From: Botryllus schlosseri
Lineage: Eukaryota
Reading direction: 5' to 3'
Assembly (NCBI GenBank): GCA_051294905.1
Contig: CM119379.1
Location: 13,330,001-13,394,000, forward strand
Length of the DNA: 64,000 bases
Shown here: positions 1-12,362 of the stretch, one piece after another
How positions within the stretch are numbered: position 1 is the first letter of the stretch
Layout of the letters: each line of letters begins with the position of its first letter
Position numbers and translations under genes: made by a program
The notes under the pieces: generated by a model
The model's input: only the letters and a program-made list of their open reading frames with translations
Told to the model about the DNA's origin: nothing
The model's database searches: none

Positions 1-129
1 GAAAAACTACTCAGTGTTACAACTAGACAATAATGGTGTGAAAAGAACTCAAGTAAGAAATTTCCAAGGATTTGGTCCAGGACTCACGCGCGTTTAGCAG
101 GAAATCAAAGACAGCTGTATAGGACTTGT

Positions 130-381
130 GTAGTTCATGCATATCGACTCTTGATATGCAATTCAAACACACGATGTCTGTGTGTGCATACCATGACGGC
201 CTAATGTGCAATGTGCAGATGCAGCCCGAAAAGGGAGGTGCAGAAATAGCCCTGTAGGGCTTTCTAAGTCTTTGTGCCACCCGCCCACGCTATCCTGGAA
301 TGGATAAGCGCCAAGCGGGGAAGCCACAGACACCAGTTTTAGTGATCAGGTCTTTGGGCTGACCCGGTCGGGGATTGAACC
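130..381 (-). mobile_element. tRNA-derived SINE, 5' head truncated
   Basis: Colinear with 14290-14545 (shared gcataccatga, ctttctaagtc, gagcgccaagc, tcaggtctttgg, ggat(t/c)gaacc). The B-box survives as GGTTCAATCCC on the minus strand; the A-box is replaced by another repeat. Confidence 0.7.
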
Positions 382-565
382 AACTTGAGTAAGTAGAGCA
401 AATAGGCCAACTTGCTTTTACTTCAAAAATAGTCGAAGTACTTCGTTACTGTCACCTCTGTGTACAACTCATATAGGACTCTCTCCTTACCATAACCACT
501 CTTACCTAAATCGCAAGAACTATAGGTACATAACGATGTCAAGCAATGTGAAAAATATTTACCAG

Positions 566-2802
566 GTCCTGCGGGAGTCCGGCTCCGATAACGTGGAATT
601 AATGATGCTGGATCTGTCTTCCTTCGCTTCCATACGAACCTTTGCAGAACAATTCAAGGAAAAAGAACCTCGCCTCGACGTATTGATGAATAATGCGGGT
701 AACTATTGGGTGGTACCTCGCTTCACGGTAGACAACTGCACTTCAATCCGTACTTACTTTGTACATAGGCGTTCTGATGTGCCCGCAATGGACGACTGCG
801 GATGGGTTTGAAATGCAATTCGGAACAAACCACTTAGGTCATTTTTTGTTAACCAATCTACTTTTGGAATTACTGAAGGTTTGTTTACTATATCATTCTT
901 AATTGCACGATGCAGATATGTGCTAACTCCCAATAATTTCAGTCCTGTGCACCTAGCCGGGTGGTTATCGTGTCGTCAAAGGCGCATTATAATGCCGGAA
1001 ATGATTTAAACTGGGAGGACTTGAATCTTACGAAGAATTACTCGTCCGCCCATGCTTATTTTCAGAGCAAATTGATGAACGTATTATTCTCCAGGGAGTT
1101 GAGCAAACGTTTGGAAGGTATTGGAGTGAAGTTGGCGAATAGCTTACGGGTACCACTTCATGAACACCAAAAGGTCCTGACTAAGGTCGACTCTGGCCTC
1201 CTTTCCTAAATGTTAGGGGCTTATCCAAGACGCCCATCGCCACCTGCTCCACATAAACGACATATGCATCAAGAGACTAGAACGCAAATGGGCTTGTTAT
1301 GAGTCGACAACTCTTAAGAATATTGGCCTCGAGTAAAATTACCATATATGTCGGAACACAATGATTTCTGAGCAACTATATACAACAAGGCACTGGAATC
1401 TCCAATAGCTTCCGCAGTCGAATTGACGTAATCTATAGACAGATAAATAGATGATTGTTCCTATTCGTAAATGACGCCATGAATATGTATCGTGTAGGAG
1501 ATCAAATCGTTCAACGTCATACTATTTACACAACAGCAAAGAAAACTTATGTATATGATATTAATAAAAAACTAAATAAATCGAAAACTCTATCTAAGAA
1601 AAAGAAAGGTTTAAAAACAAACAGAATTTTGTTTTTTAAGCTGCTAAATTATGCCATAATTATGTAAATACTTTCCAAGAAAACACGTTGCATAGCCTTC
1701 GGACAATTACCATCCGATCTAGCCGACGTATACGATATGGGATATAGTAGGAACCCTCAAAATAGTCGGTTCAACAGCTATAGGCTAGTACGTAGATATT
1801 GCGTCAAAGGAGCTATATTTAGTATTTACCCTATATTTTCAATTTCCAATGCCAATCCACTATGACGTCACACTTGCATATTGGTGACGTCATAGCATAA
1901 AAAAACACAATAAAAACATAAAAACAAGGGCCTTTTGTTTTAAACATGTTTGTTTTTACTTCATTTTTGTTTTAAATGCAACCCTACATAAATATCCAAT
2001 GGGCGATGACACGAGAGGCCGTCCTTGATCACCAGGCAAAGCTTGGATATGTTTGTTAATGAATTTCAAATTTCACTAGCAATACATTTATGATAGCGTC
2101 GACTAAATTTTCATCTCAAACCTGCACAATAGTGTTACGAATTATTGACACCTCGCATATGCACTCCACATATTCCTAATATAGAGGATTGCCTCAGATA
2201 TTTTCGTATCGTTGTTTAGGTACAAATGTCACCACCTACTCCCTTCATCCTGGAGTGGTAGAAACCGAACTGTTTCGTCACCTCGGAACAATACCTGACC
2301 CCACATGTACCGATAGATTGGTGGGTTGTTGCTTGCCGTGTTTCAAGTGTTGCTTCGTATCGCCAGAAAAAGGTGCACAGACACAAATATATTGCGCAGT
2401 GGCACCCGAATTGGAAATGGAAACAGGGAAATACTACACGTAAGTATTCGTTTATTCTCGCGTCCTAACGTTTTCCATTAGAGCAGCTCGTGGGCAATGG
2501 TTTCACTTTCAGCTACAGACAAGAGGCTCATATCCGCATACATCGTGGGGCATGAAACGGACTTGTTCTCAAGGAGTTGTAGTTGGATAGTTTCCAATTT
2601 TGAATTACCATGTTAAGCTAACTATATTCCAAGCGAAAGTGGAAGTCTTCATCGACGAGAAAGAAACTTGCAACCATAACAGTGAACGATTTATCGTTAC
2701 AGGGATTGCAAAGTAAAGACTGAGTCACGAGCGGCTCGTAATGACGATTTTGCCAAGAGATTGTGGGATATCAGTGTGCAGTATGTGGGATGGAACGAAT
2801 AA
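566..2802 (+). CDS. Retinol dehydrogenase 11/12/13-like short-chain dehydrogenase/reductase, 5'-partial (first exons upstream of window)
   Basis: Exons 566-698, 769-878, 943-1117, 2220-2439 and 2703-2802 join in frame with GT-AG sites. Motifs: [37 protein letters not shown], catalytic YxxxK (AYFQSK), [28 protein letters not shown]. Confidence 0.93.
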
Positions 2803-3389
2803 TTCGTATAAAGGATTTATAATATGGTTTTGGTACTTGTTTTGGGGTATTCATGGTGATTGTCGACTACTGTGGTCATTTACACCAGGCCGATATTCTT
2901 CTTATTTTCCGTAACTGCCGACTTATAGCCCGGCCCACCTCTAGGCTTTTGTAAGACACCGCTGACGCGGATGAGGTGGCGAGGAGGAGCCTAGGTAAAC
3001 CTCCAACACTGAAGGCACTGAAGCAGTTACGTTCCTTCTTGCAAGAAGATGAATATGTTTAATTTTTTTTCTAGCGCTTGTAAAGTAGGAGGCCTATATG
3101 TCGCGGTTTCACTTGTTAAAATAAAACCAATACGTTCACTAGTATTATGTGTTAGTATGGCTCTTGCAATTGTACTCATTTACACTGTGTTTATTATAAA
3201 ATTCATGCAAAAACTTGATTCAGTGCTGATTCGTATGAGACAAACGACTATAGTATCATCAACATTATTATTTGCACAACACAGTGGCGCTTATCTCATT
3301 TTCAGGCTGTGTAACCACTAACGAGGGCCGAAATGTTTTCATTGCATGTTTTTAAATAACACCGATAATGGACCCACCATACGGTATAG

Positions 3390-4228
3390 CAGGGGTGGGC
3401 AAACTTTTGAGCTCGCGGGCCGCATTCAACATCTGAATCCATTCGCGGGCCGCACTATATCAAATTGATATCATAAACCAAAACGCAATATTGCTAGTAT
3501 TTGATTATATAGCGAGGACATGGAGATAATGTTAATGTATATGCTTATTTGAAACAAACCAAACATTGCTATGATGACATCGTACACGCGCCAGAAACAA
3601 TAGTGAGATTTTATAGGCTGGTCGACCTCAATAACCAATTTCTCAAAACTATAGAGATGAAAGTCTGTTGTCCCGATTCTTAGAACAGGGTTGAAATTTA
3701 AATCTGTGAGCAGTGATCTGTTCAAAGATTTATTAATTCCGCTTTGGCTCAGTTCCAGGACACACAATGCTGACAGCATCATAACCATGTTAGCTGCAAC
3801 ATGCATATCACAAAACGTAACCAGGATGCTATAGCAAACCTAACGGATAGTTTGGTGGCATGGGAGGTTACGACTATTGATGAGAGATTTTGAAATATGA
3901 AATTCATACTAAATACAGAGCAATAATTATGAATTGGAAGTAAATCGCGCGAAGCGCGAAAAAAATTTCAGTTGAGCTCAGCTTCGCGATCCCCTTCTGA
4001 TGCTTTCATGACCCCCAGGGGCACGCGTCACCCAGGTTGAGACCCACTGCCTTAGAATTATCATGGTGAAATATACTAAGAAGAAGTTTAATCAAGTCCC
4101 TGCATTAATTCGATTTTTAGTACTCATTTTATCAATATTTTTATTAAATTTATTTAGACTCTCGCGGGCCGCACAGAACGGTGTTGCGGGCCGCATGCGG
4201 CCCGCGGGCCGTAGTTTGCCCACCCCTG
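3390..4228 (+). mobile_element. Non-autonomous hAT (Charlie-type) MITE
   Basis: TIR CAGGGGTGGGCAAACT...AGTTTGCCCACCCCTG, perfect 8-bp TSD CGGTATAG, subterminal GCGGGCCGC repeats. Confidence 0.9.
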
Positions 4229-5584
4229 CGGTATAGTAATAGATGCCACTTCTGGGGAGGGGGGGTTACTATGTGCAACATGCATCTGGTTTCTTATATG
4301 GATCTGCTGGTTGTTAAATTCTGTGATTGGGTTCCGTCAATCATGTTGGTTCTTCCATACAGTATATTACTAAAAAAAATTGATTCTGTGTCCGCCCAAG
4401 TGTAGACTTCGCGGTATAGCTGGTGGTGGATGATGATGAATTCGAACATGCAGGGAGCGTAATTGTACAATGTACATGGTTATGTCATACACGGGCGCCG
4501 AAATGACGGTACGCACCAATTACCATCCGGTAGTTTCCAACCTTTTATGGTCGCGACTCCATTTCGTGTCCCAACTAAGAATTTGATAAGAATCCCAATC
4601 AACCTCGCCTCAATCAGAAATCAATAATCGTTAGATTACATTTTCATCTTCCCAACACACTCGAATGCGATATACAAGACACGAGGCGATGTAATGAACA
4701 GATAGGAGGATGCCGACGACGGCGGGTCGTGAATGGGGGCCACCTGCGTAAGTGACGCCGACGATCACCATTACGCTACCTCCCTCACGTCTCTGCCTTG
4801 AATAATAAATAAACTATTAATCTCTAAACTAGCATTATGAATGCTTTTTTCAGTTCTACTAGAGAACCTTAGACTCTAGAAAAAAAGTCTTGCCGCAACT
4901 ATTCAGATTGTGGTCATGCTATGGTTTAATTGTGACTAATGTAGCAAGCTTCACTCCGAAACACGGGCAAAGGTTACGAAGTAGAACAATGAGCATCAGT
5001 ATTTTTCAGTATTAAATCACAGCAGTAATATATAACTTTAATATGGTTAGTTGTGGCGACGCCATGGAAAAGTTGAAGCGACACCACACGGGGTCGCGAC
5101 CCACTGGTTGGCGATGACTGTAGTATAATGAAGTTATATCTACCGCCATGCGAGTCTCTTCTGCTCAATTATAACTAGAAATATCGATTTAAACGACATG
5201 CTAAAGCTACTTTCGGTGAAAATATAGAATGAAACGTCCGGAAACTACTCAAGTAAGTAGGATACTTTCAGAAAGTAGATTTGTCGCATGCTTATAGTAT
5301 AGTAAATCGGGGTGGGGTGCTATAGCCTACCTAGAAATTTCATGATGCCTCTTCGATACAATATGAAATGACTGGTGACACTACGAATAGAGCAGAAGTC
5401 GATGTAGTCTGTATACATATCTACTTAAGTAAAAGTAATCGATACCTACTTGAGTAGTCTACTCCAAAAAAGTAGAAGCACTTCATTACTGACCTCTGAC
5501 CTGACCATCTCAGAGCATGTATGTATAGGCCTATATCAGAGCGGGGCAAAGTGCGGCCCGCGGGATAAATGCGATCAGCTAAGC

Positions 5585-6718
5585 CAGGGGTGGGCAAACT
5601 TTTGAGCCAGCGGGCCGCATTCAACATCGGAATCCATTCGCGGGCCGCACTATATAAAATTGGGATTATAAACCAAAACGCAATATTGGTATTATATTAT
5701 ATAGTGAGGACATGAAGATAATATATATGCTTATTTAAAACAAACCAGACATTACTTTGATGATATCGTACACGCGCCAGAAACAGTAGCGAGATTTCAT
5801 AGGCTGGTTGACCTCAATAACCAATTTGTCAAAACTACAGAGATAAAGTCAGTTGTCCGGATCTTTATAACAGGATTGAAATTTAATCTGTGAGCAGCGA
5901 TCTGCATGCTCATAGATTTACTATTTCCACTTTTGGTTCAGTTCCAGGACACACAATGCTGACAACCATGTTAGCTTCTAACACGCTTCTACTATGTGTA
6001 GATAAAACATAAATACCCAAATCCTACGCATACAGAGAACGAATCTACCTAAGACAGGCGCGAATCGGTTTTTATAAGCACATCACCGAAATAATTAAAA
6101 CTGGAGTGGTCAATCTGTAATCACACTCGTGATCCGAAACATGTCAATCTCGTTTAGTATTTCGGTGATGTTCAAGCTGCGTGGGCCTTGAGATCGGGCT
6201 TGGGCCTTGGGCCTTGGAACAGTGGTTATCAAACTTTTTAAGACACGACCTCACCCCTTATGATGGTAGAAGATTTCGCGCCCTCCTTATCGTCATATCA
6301 CAAAACGCAACTAGGATGGTAGCAAACCTAACAGTTTGTTTGATGACATGGAAGGTTACGACTGTGGATGAGAGATTTATAAATATGAAATTCAGACTAA
6401 ATACAGAGCAACAATTATGAACTGGAAGTAAATCGCGCATCGCGCGAAAAAATTTTTCAGTGGAGCTTCAGCTTCGCGCCCCCTTTAGATGCTTTGGGGG
6501 GGCGCTTTGTGGGGCGCACACCCAGTTTGAGAACCACTGCGTTAGATTCATCATGGGGATATATACTAAGAAAAAGTTTAATAAAGTCCCAGCATTAATT
6601 CGATTTTTAGTACCCATTTTATCAATATTTTCAATAAGTTTCTTTAGACTCTCGCGGGCCGCACAGAACGGTGTTGCGGGCCGCATGCGGCTCGCGGGCC
6701 GTAGTTTGCCCACGTCTG
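5585..6718 (+). mobile_element. hAT MITE, paralog of 3390-4228
   Basis: Same TIR family and colinear internal sequence; perfect 8-bp TSD AGCTAAGC (5577-5584, 6719-6726). Confidence 0.9.
6220..6539 (+). mobile_element. Small hAT MITE nested in 5585-6718
   Basis: Ends CAGTGGTTATCAAAC and GTTTGAGAACCACTG; its right part is also present in the 3390-4228 copy. Confidence 0.75.
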
Positions 6719-8355
6719 AGCTAAGCTATTCTGCGCGGCCCGCGAAAGGTTATTTGGAATTCAAAACATAAAACTTGATTTGGGAATGACTTCAACCATA
6801 GGCTGTATCAACTGAGCAGGAAATTCGATTACTTTGAAGCCTGTTCATTAATATGCCACGATTACGCTGCCTACGTACCTCGCATGCGTATTTCAGATTC
6901 AAAATAAAGGCAATGCGGCAATATAGTAGCAATAACAAGAAGTCACTCGACCCCTATGGTTTAGTCCAAACCATCTTGTTGTCATTGTCACATTATACGG
7001 TATGTGTTTCAAATTGCTACGTGATACGTTTCTAAATCCCTAATTCGTAAAACAAGTCAATCAGTGCTCGCGATTACTATATATGACTCATCAAATCATA
7101 TCTCTCACCCAAAATGGATGTCAAAAAAAGAAAGCCTACAACCGAAATTCAAAGAAGGTTTAGAGCTCTAAATATTTGTATATTGCATGCCTACTGGAGA
7201 AAGAGGAAAACCCCTATTTTTACTTCTCATTTGGCCTGCGGAGGAAGATGATTGCCCACCCCTGTTGCATATCCAATTATCCATGTCACATATAAAATGC
7301 GTGAATGGTGATCACTTTGTCACGTAGTCCAGGGGTGATGGTCAGCTCGACTAACACACTCCAAAGACATCTAAAACTCTAGATATCCCTGACACTTGAC
7401 TTACCATCCGTCCTCCGTTTTCAGGAAATTGAAAATGTCCTCCGAGGACGCCTCCGTTTTGATATTTCGTCCTCCATTACAGCTAGGCTAATGGACTCGG
7501 TTCACTGAAAATCGGCATACATGACGCGAATTAGGTAATGTACACGTTCGAGCGGGTGATTAGGGATTCAAACTGAAATGATGATTTCCAGTAATTATTT
7601 CGAAATCACCTGTTTTCAGTTTTGGTAAATTAGCTTTTGTGGTTTTCGAAAAGTGTCCTCTTTTTCTTGATTCCAAAATATGGTTACTTTACCTGACACT
7701 TTCTTGTTCCGAGGTCGCTGTGTCATGGTATAACCATGGAAAACTGAATGGGATAGAACGGTAACTGCGTGGCCTGTCAATCATTTACGGTTGAATAACA
7801 ATCAGTAGATAACGATCAATCAACCCAGAATTTTTGGTGGTTTGCCGTGATACTACGGCTTACGTAACAGCCATACATCGGGTGAAGCAATAAGTGTCAT
7901 TATTATCGTTAGCGTGACTAGTCTAAATTAATTTCATATAGTTAATGACTGCACGTCGCTATCAAGTTGAACATCGACGCCAGTGTCCTTTGTAGTTTCT
8001 AGTATGCTATAGTGCTGTGCAATGTGTATAGTATTTAGGCTACAATGCTACATGTTTGAATAGCGTCATAAATTGGATAGTAATTGGTATGTATATCTAA
8101 TATACGACCAGCTTATGCCAACTCCGATCACTTTTGATCCATCAATACAGGATGGTGTTCAATTATATCGCAAGCAGCTAGAGCAGGGTTTCCCCAAACT
8201 CTTTATGGTCGCAACCCCACCTCTCAATTTGTCGTGCTGGTTACTAAAAAAGGCTAGTGAAGCTGGCGGCTATATGTGCGCAGTAACTCGACAACCTCCC
8301 TCCTTAGATTAAAAGAATCAATCAAGAATGTAGAAACGTATATTAGTCTTTTTAA

Positions 8356-9425
8356 CTCTTTCGACGCCGCGTATCCCCATATGTTCGCTAGAGATTGTCT
8401 TCAAAACGCCGCGTATCCCCATATGTTCGCTAAATCGAGAGAGCTTATTTTTGTCTCGAAAATCTGACATGCCGTTTTGCGTCCATGGCAGTCGGGGCAT
8501 TGTGCGGTAATGAATTCAAAATTCAAGACTTGCTACTAAGTGGCAATTTCGCTGGATTATCTGTACGGAATAGTAACTTATTTGATATATATTTCCACGA
8601 CGGTAATGATTTTCAACAGATGCCAATACCTAAAGACATTTTACATCATTATCACCAATCTTTAGCGACACATCGCGCGTTAAGTCAATATACGGATCTA
8701 CAGAAGCCACCAAGTCAGTACATGTACTGCGACAACACAGACTTCACACCAATATATACGTATTTATTCAAGTTTTTCAAACGTAAAATTGCATCGGGAG
8801 ATGACGAGGACTCAACGGAGACAAATAATGATGTTTTTGTGCAGATCGTTGCTTGTAATCGTACACAAATGGGCTCCGTCGGTATGTTACTGCGCCTGAA
8901 AAACAAACTTGAGTACCGGTACTAGCAGAAGTCAAATTTTCGAGCCATTATTGCGGATTTGACGTCACAATGATAACCTTGAAGCATCGACGGCCGAAGA
9001 TCATGTCGGCAGCAGTATTTCACGACGGTTCTGAACCTCCGCATTGCCATTGAAAAGGAATTAACGATTTAAGGATAATATATTATCAATATATAATATA
9101 ATAAGAACATTCTGTGAAATTTACAACGTCACAGCTAATCTATAAGTACCATAGAAACACCAACAAAATCCATACCTTGGCAGCAGTGCACCTGAAATCA
9201 GCCAAACTTCAGTTCGTACCGAAGCCTGTCCCAGCAACACGACAGGATCAATCAAGGCACGTTACGCATCATTAGATAGATATCGTTCGCGGCTACAATA
9301 CGGACGTGGGTACGTCTCGGTAGCTAAGGTAGCGACGGAGTTACGATCGGTTGAAATTGGGGTTATTTGGTGAAAATCGCGGCGTTTTGAAGACAATCGT
9401 CAAATTTAGCTCGGCGTCGAAAGAG
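8356..9425. mobile_element. Non-autonomous piggyBac-like element
   Basis: TTAA|CTCTTTCGACGCCG...CGGCGTCGAAAAGAG|TTAA; subterminal direct repeat acgccgcgtatccccatatgttcgcta x2. Confidence 0.75.
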
Positions 9426-9674
9426 TTAAGCGATTTCTATCTATATCCAATCGAAATAGTCCAAGTTAAATAGATAGAAATACAGATAACGATCTCTAAG
9501 TTATTATTCCACTGCGCCGAGCCCGCATGTGTGTAATATACTGTTAACTCATCCGCATAGCACTACCGGCACTTAGTTCTTGTTGAACTTCATATTGATT
9601 CTTATTATGCTCTCGACAGGTGTCGAAGCGACTTGGAGTAGTCTATGCAATCAGACACCCACCTTGCCCTAGGT

Positions 9675-11112
9675 AAGGGGTTCTCAACCCACAGATGTTT
9701 ATTTTTCGGTCCGCGACGTTTTTCGTTATGAACTCAATTACTATTGGGACAGTTATGGTACATATTGATTTAGCGACTTAGCTAAATTATCGCACCGTCT
9801 CTGTTTCATTTGATTACTCATTCCTTGGTTTGTTCTGATTTCTTGGTAGATGCTCGAGTTGATTGGTATTGTTTTGAATCGGTATTCGGCTGGACACTTT
9901 TTGAAGAGTGTTTCACTCACCGCGAATGGTTTGAACAGAAACGAGAACAAGGAACGGAAAATTAAACAGCAAAAACTGGATTCGTAACTCTGCGTGTAAA
10001 AATGAATCTGCTTACTCACATATAAATGGAAAACCAATGTGTCATATTTGTCGAAGAACAGTTGTCGTACCGCAGCGTAGAAGCTTAAAATGATACCATA
10101 ACAGTTTCTTCTGCATTTATACATATCGCCTGATCTTAGAAAACGTAACCAGCTAGGTGTCAAAACCGTAAAGGCGTTGTTAACATTGCCGACGACGTTA
10201 CAGACGCATCGTTCAAAATTGCTTGGTATATCGCTAAACCCCAGAAATATGCTACAGAATGTGTGATTTCAATAAACCTTTGTGCGAATATTCGCTGTTT
10301 CCGAATCTTAGCACCAAGCACAACATCACCTGAAAAATTTCGAAGCTACAGTTATCTGATTCAACCGTGACCAGAAGAGTATCAGCAATGTCAGTCGATC
10401 TTTTATCGCATGTTCTGAAACAAGTTGCCGCGTATTGACTCATTTTCGCCGCCTAGCATTGGACAAATCCACCGACTCCACGGACATTGCATAGCTAATT
10501 ATTCTGGGTTAATTATATTAGAGTGGACATATGGCAGAGGAAATTCTGGCAAGGCAAACGTGGGGAGGGGACCAGCGCAAATCATCAACTTAAATACGAT
10601 GACTTCTGTAACTATTGGTGCAGGGCTCCAGGCATGGAAGAAAGGCGAAGGGTTGATTGGTTTAATGAGAAATGGCCCCGAACGCCTGACTTCTTATTTC
10701 ACTGAGAGCTCAAAGTGATGATATGGCCTCTGTCACGAAAAAGTTACCGTAATTTTAAACTCTCTCGCTGATGCATTGAAACATACTGATCCCTTTTTTG
10801 GTGGAAGCGTTGGTTCGGAGGTGCATACACCGAATTGGCAACGAATGCATTGCACCCTCCATTACTTGCGCCGCTGGAAGGAACAGATTCTCACAAAAAA
10901 CAGCAACTACAAATTTACGAAAGCTGTCCATTAATGCCTTACAATGCATAAAAATGTACTAAATGCCCGTATAGGCCTACGACTGGTAAATAGGCTACAT
11001 TGGCCTAAATTTAATAGTAGCTCATAAATACATAGTAATAATGTTCTGCGGCCCGTAGCGTTTTTTGCTGTTAAAATGCGGCCCGTTATGCAACGGAAGT
11101 TGAGAACCCCTG
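9675..11112 (+). mobile_element. Internally deleted hAT Charlie/Buster-type transposon with decayed transposase (~9930-10510)
   Basis: TIR (a/c)aggggttctcaac / gttgagaacccctg; TSD CCCTAGGT/CCCTAGGC. Interrupted frames give HINGKPMCHICRRTVVVP, VTDASFKIAWYIAK, KLQLSDSTVTRRV and ALDKSTDSTDIA*LII, typical of the Charlie transposase N-terminus through the first catalytic D. Confidence 0.85.
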
Positions 11113-12362
11113 CCCTAGGCGATGTAAAGAGGAGCCATGCACACTGAAAGAAAGGTAAAAGAAGATGGCACATACTGTCAATAATTACATTCAAAGTATT
11201 TTAGATAATGATAATAGCACTTAAGTGACCCGTTGTACGCTGCTACGTAAGCCAGAGCATAACAGCAAACAATCGAGACATTCTGGCTCTACTGATTGTT
11301 ATTCAACCGTAAATGATTGACAGGTCACGCAGTTACCGTTCTATCCCATTCAGTTTTCCATGGTATAACATACATTTCACTCAAAAAGGTGTCAGAGTTA
11401 CGTAGCCGAAAACGTCTTTTCGAAGAAGAATTTCTTCTTCAAACACTAAGCAAGTTGGAGTGTAAGTCGCCTGAGACCAAGACCTCTCAGTTACGCATCC
11501 GCGACCTACTTCAATACCCTGATCATAAGCATTTACTGTATTGGTGAACTCCTCAGAAGATGGTTAAGTAATCATGCAGTTTCATAAGCAGCATCATACA
11601 GCAGAAATCCCATTTCTTCCAATTTAGTATGCAATTGACGTCATATTTGGTGATACTATATATTTATACAATGTTCTTTTCAATTCTCTACTACTAGCTA
11701 ACGATTTCCTGACGAGTGTCAAACGAAATTATTCGGGCTTATTTCAATATGGATATAATTGTACACTGAAGTTCTGTACCTCCAAGAGTCTCTTCAAGTT
11801 TAGGATACGCAATACATTAGTATTTTTTATTGTGAGAACGGTGTATCACAAGTTCTGAACATCAATAAATATCAGTGGTTCAAGTTTATGTACTCGAAAA
11901 TAAATAGAACATATTGACCAAAAATTTTGGGGCTGGCACCAATGTTTCCACGGTTTTCATTTCAAATTGCTGAGAAAGGAAAATATCCCACATTCCCACT
12001 ATTTGGCAAAGTATAATACAACCAACAAAGACTCAAAACTAATTTTATATTCCACTGAACCAAAAGTTCCATAATGTTTTCAGAAACTTCTAAAACTACC
12101 GATTTCCAAAATAATTACTGCACCGAACAGCTATTAATCACATATATACTTCCGATACAGCTTTGCGAGTAACGCGGAATTTATTTTGCATCCACTAAAT
12201 GTGAACGAAGCGGATCAAGAAAAAACAAACATGATAAATAAAACTAGAATTGATAGATATATTTTATCGGAAAGAAGAATAAAAAGCTCAGGTGACGTTC
12301 TCTCGAAGAACGGTTGACACGTAGAGCGACGCCGAATTTTTCGGAACATATGCCTACGTCCT

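Larger units (their letters stand above)
5537..7264. mobile_element. Older hAT MITE hosting the 5585-6718 insertion
   Basis: Ends cagagcggggcaaagtgcggcccgc and gattgcccacccctg; sequence resumes after the inner element's duplicated AGCTAAGC. Its own TSD is degenerate. Confidence 0.6.
7692..11397. repeat. Diverged ~200-bp inverted repeat pair (7692-7915 and 11200-11397)
   Basis: ccatggaaaactgaatgggatagaacggtaactgcgtg(g/a)cctgtcaatcatttacggttgaataacaatcagtag and flanking sequence occur in opposite orientation at the two ends. Confidence 0.75.

Noticed and set aside
4690-4790. tRNA gene on the minus strand
   Set aside because: An A-box-like GGTAGCGTAATGGTG is present but there is no intact B-box or cloverleaf; probably a decayed SINE head.
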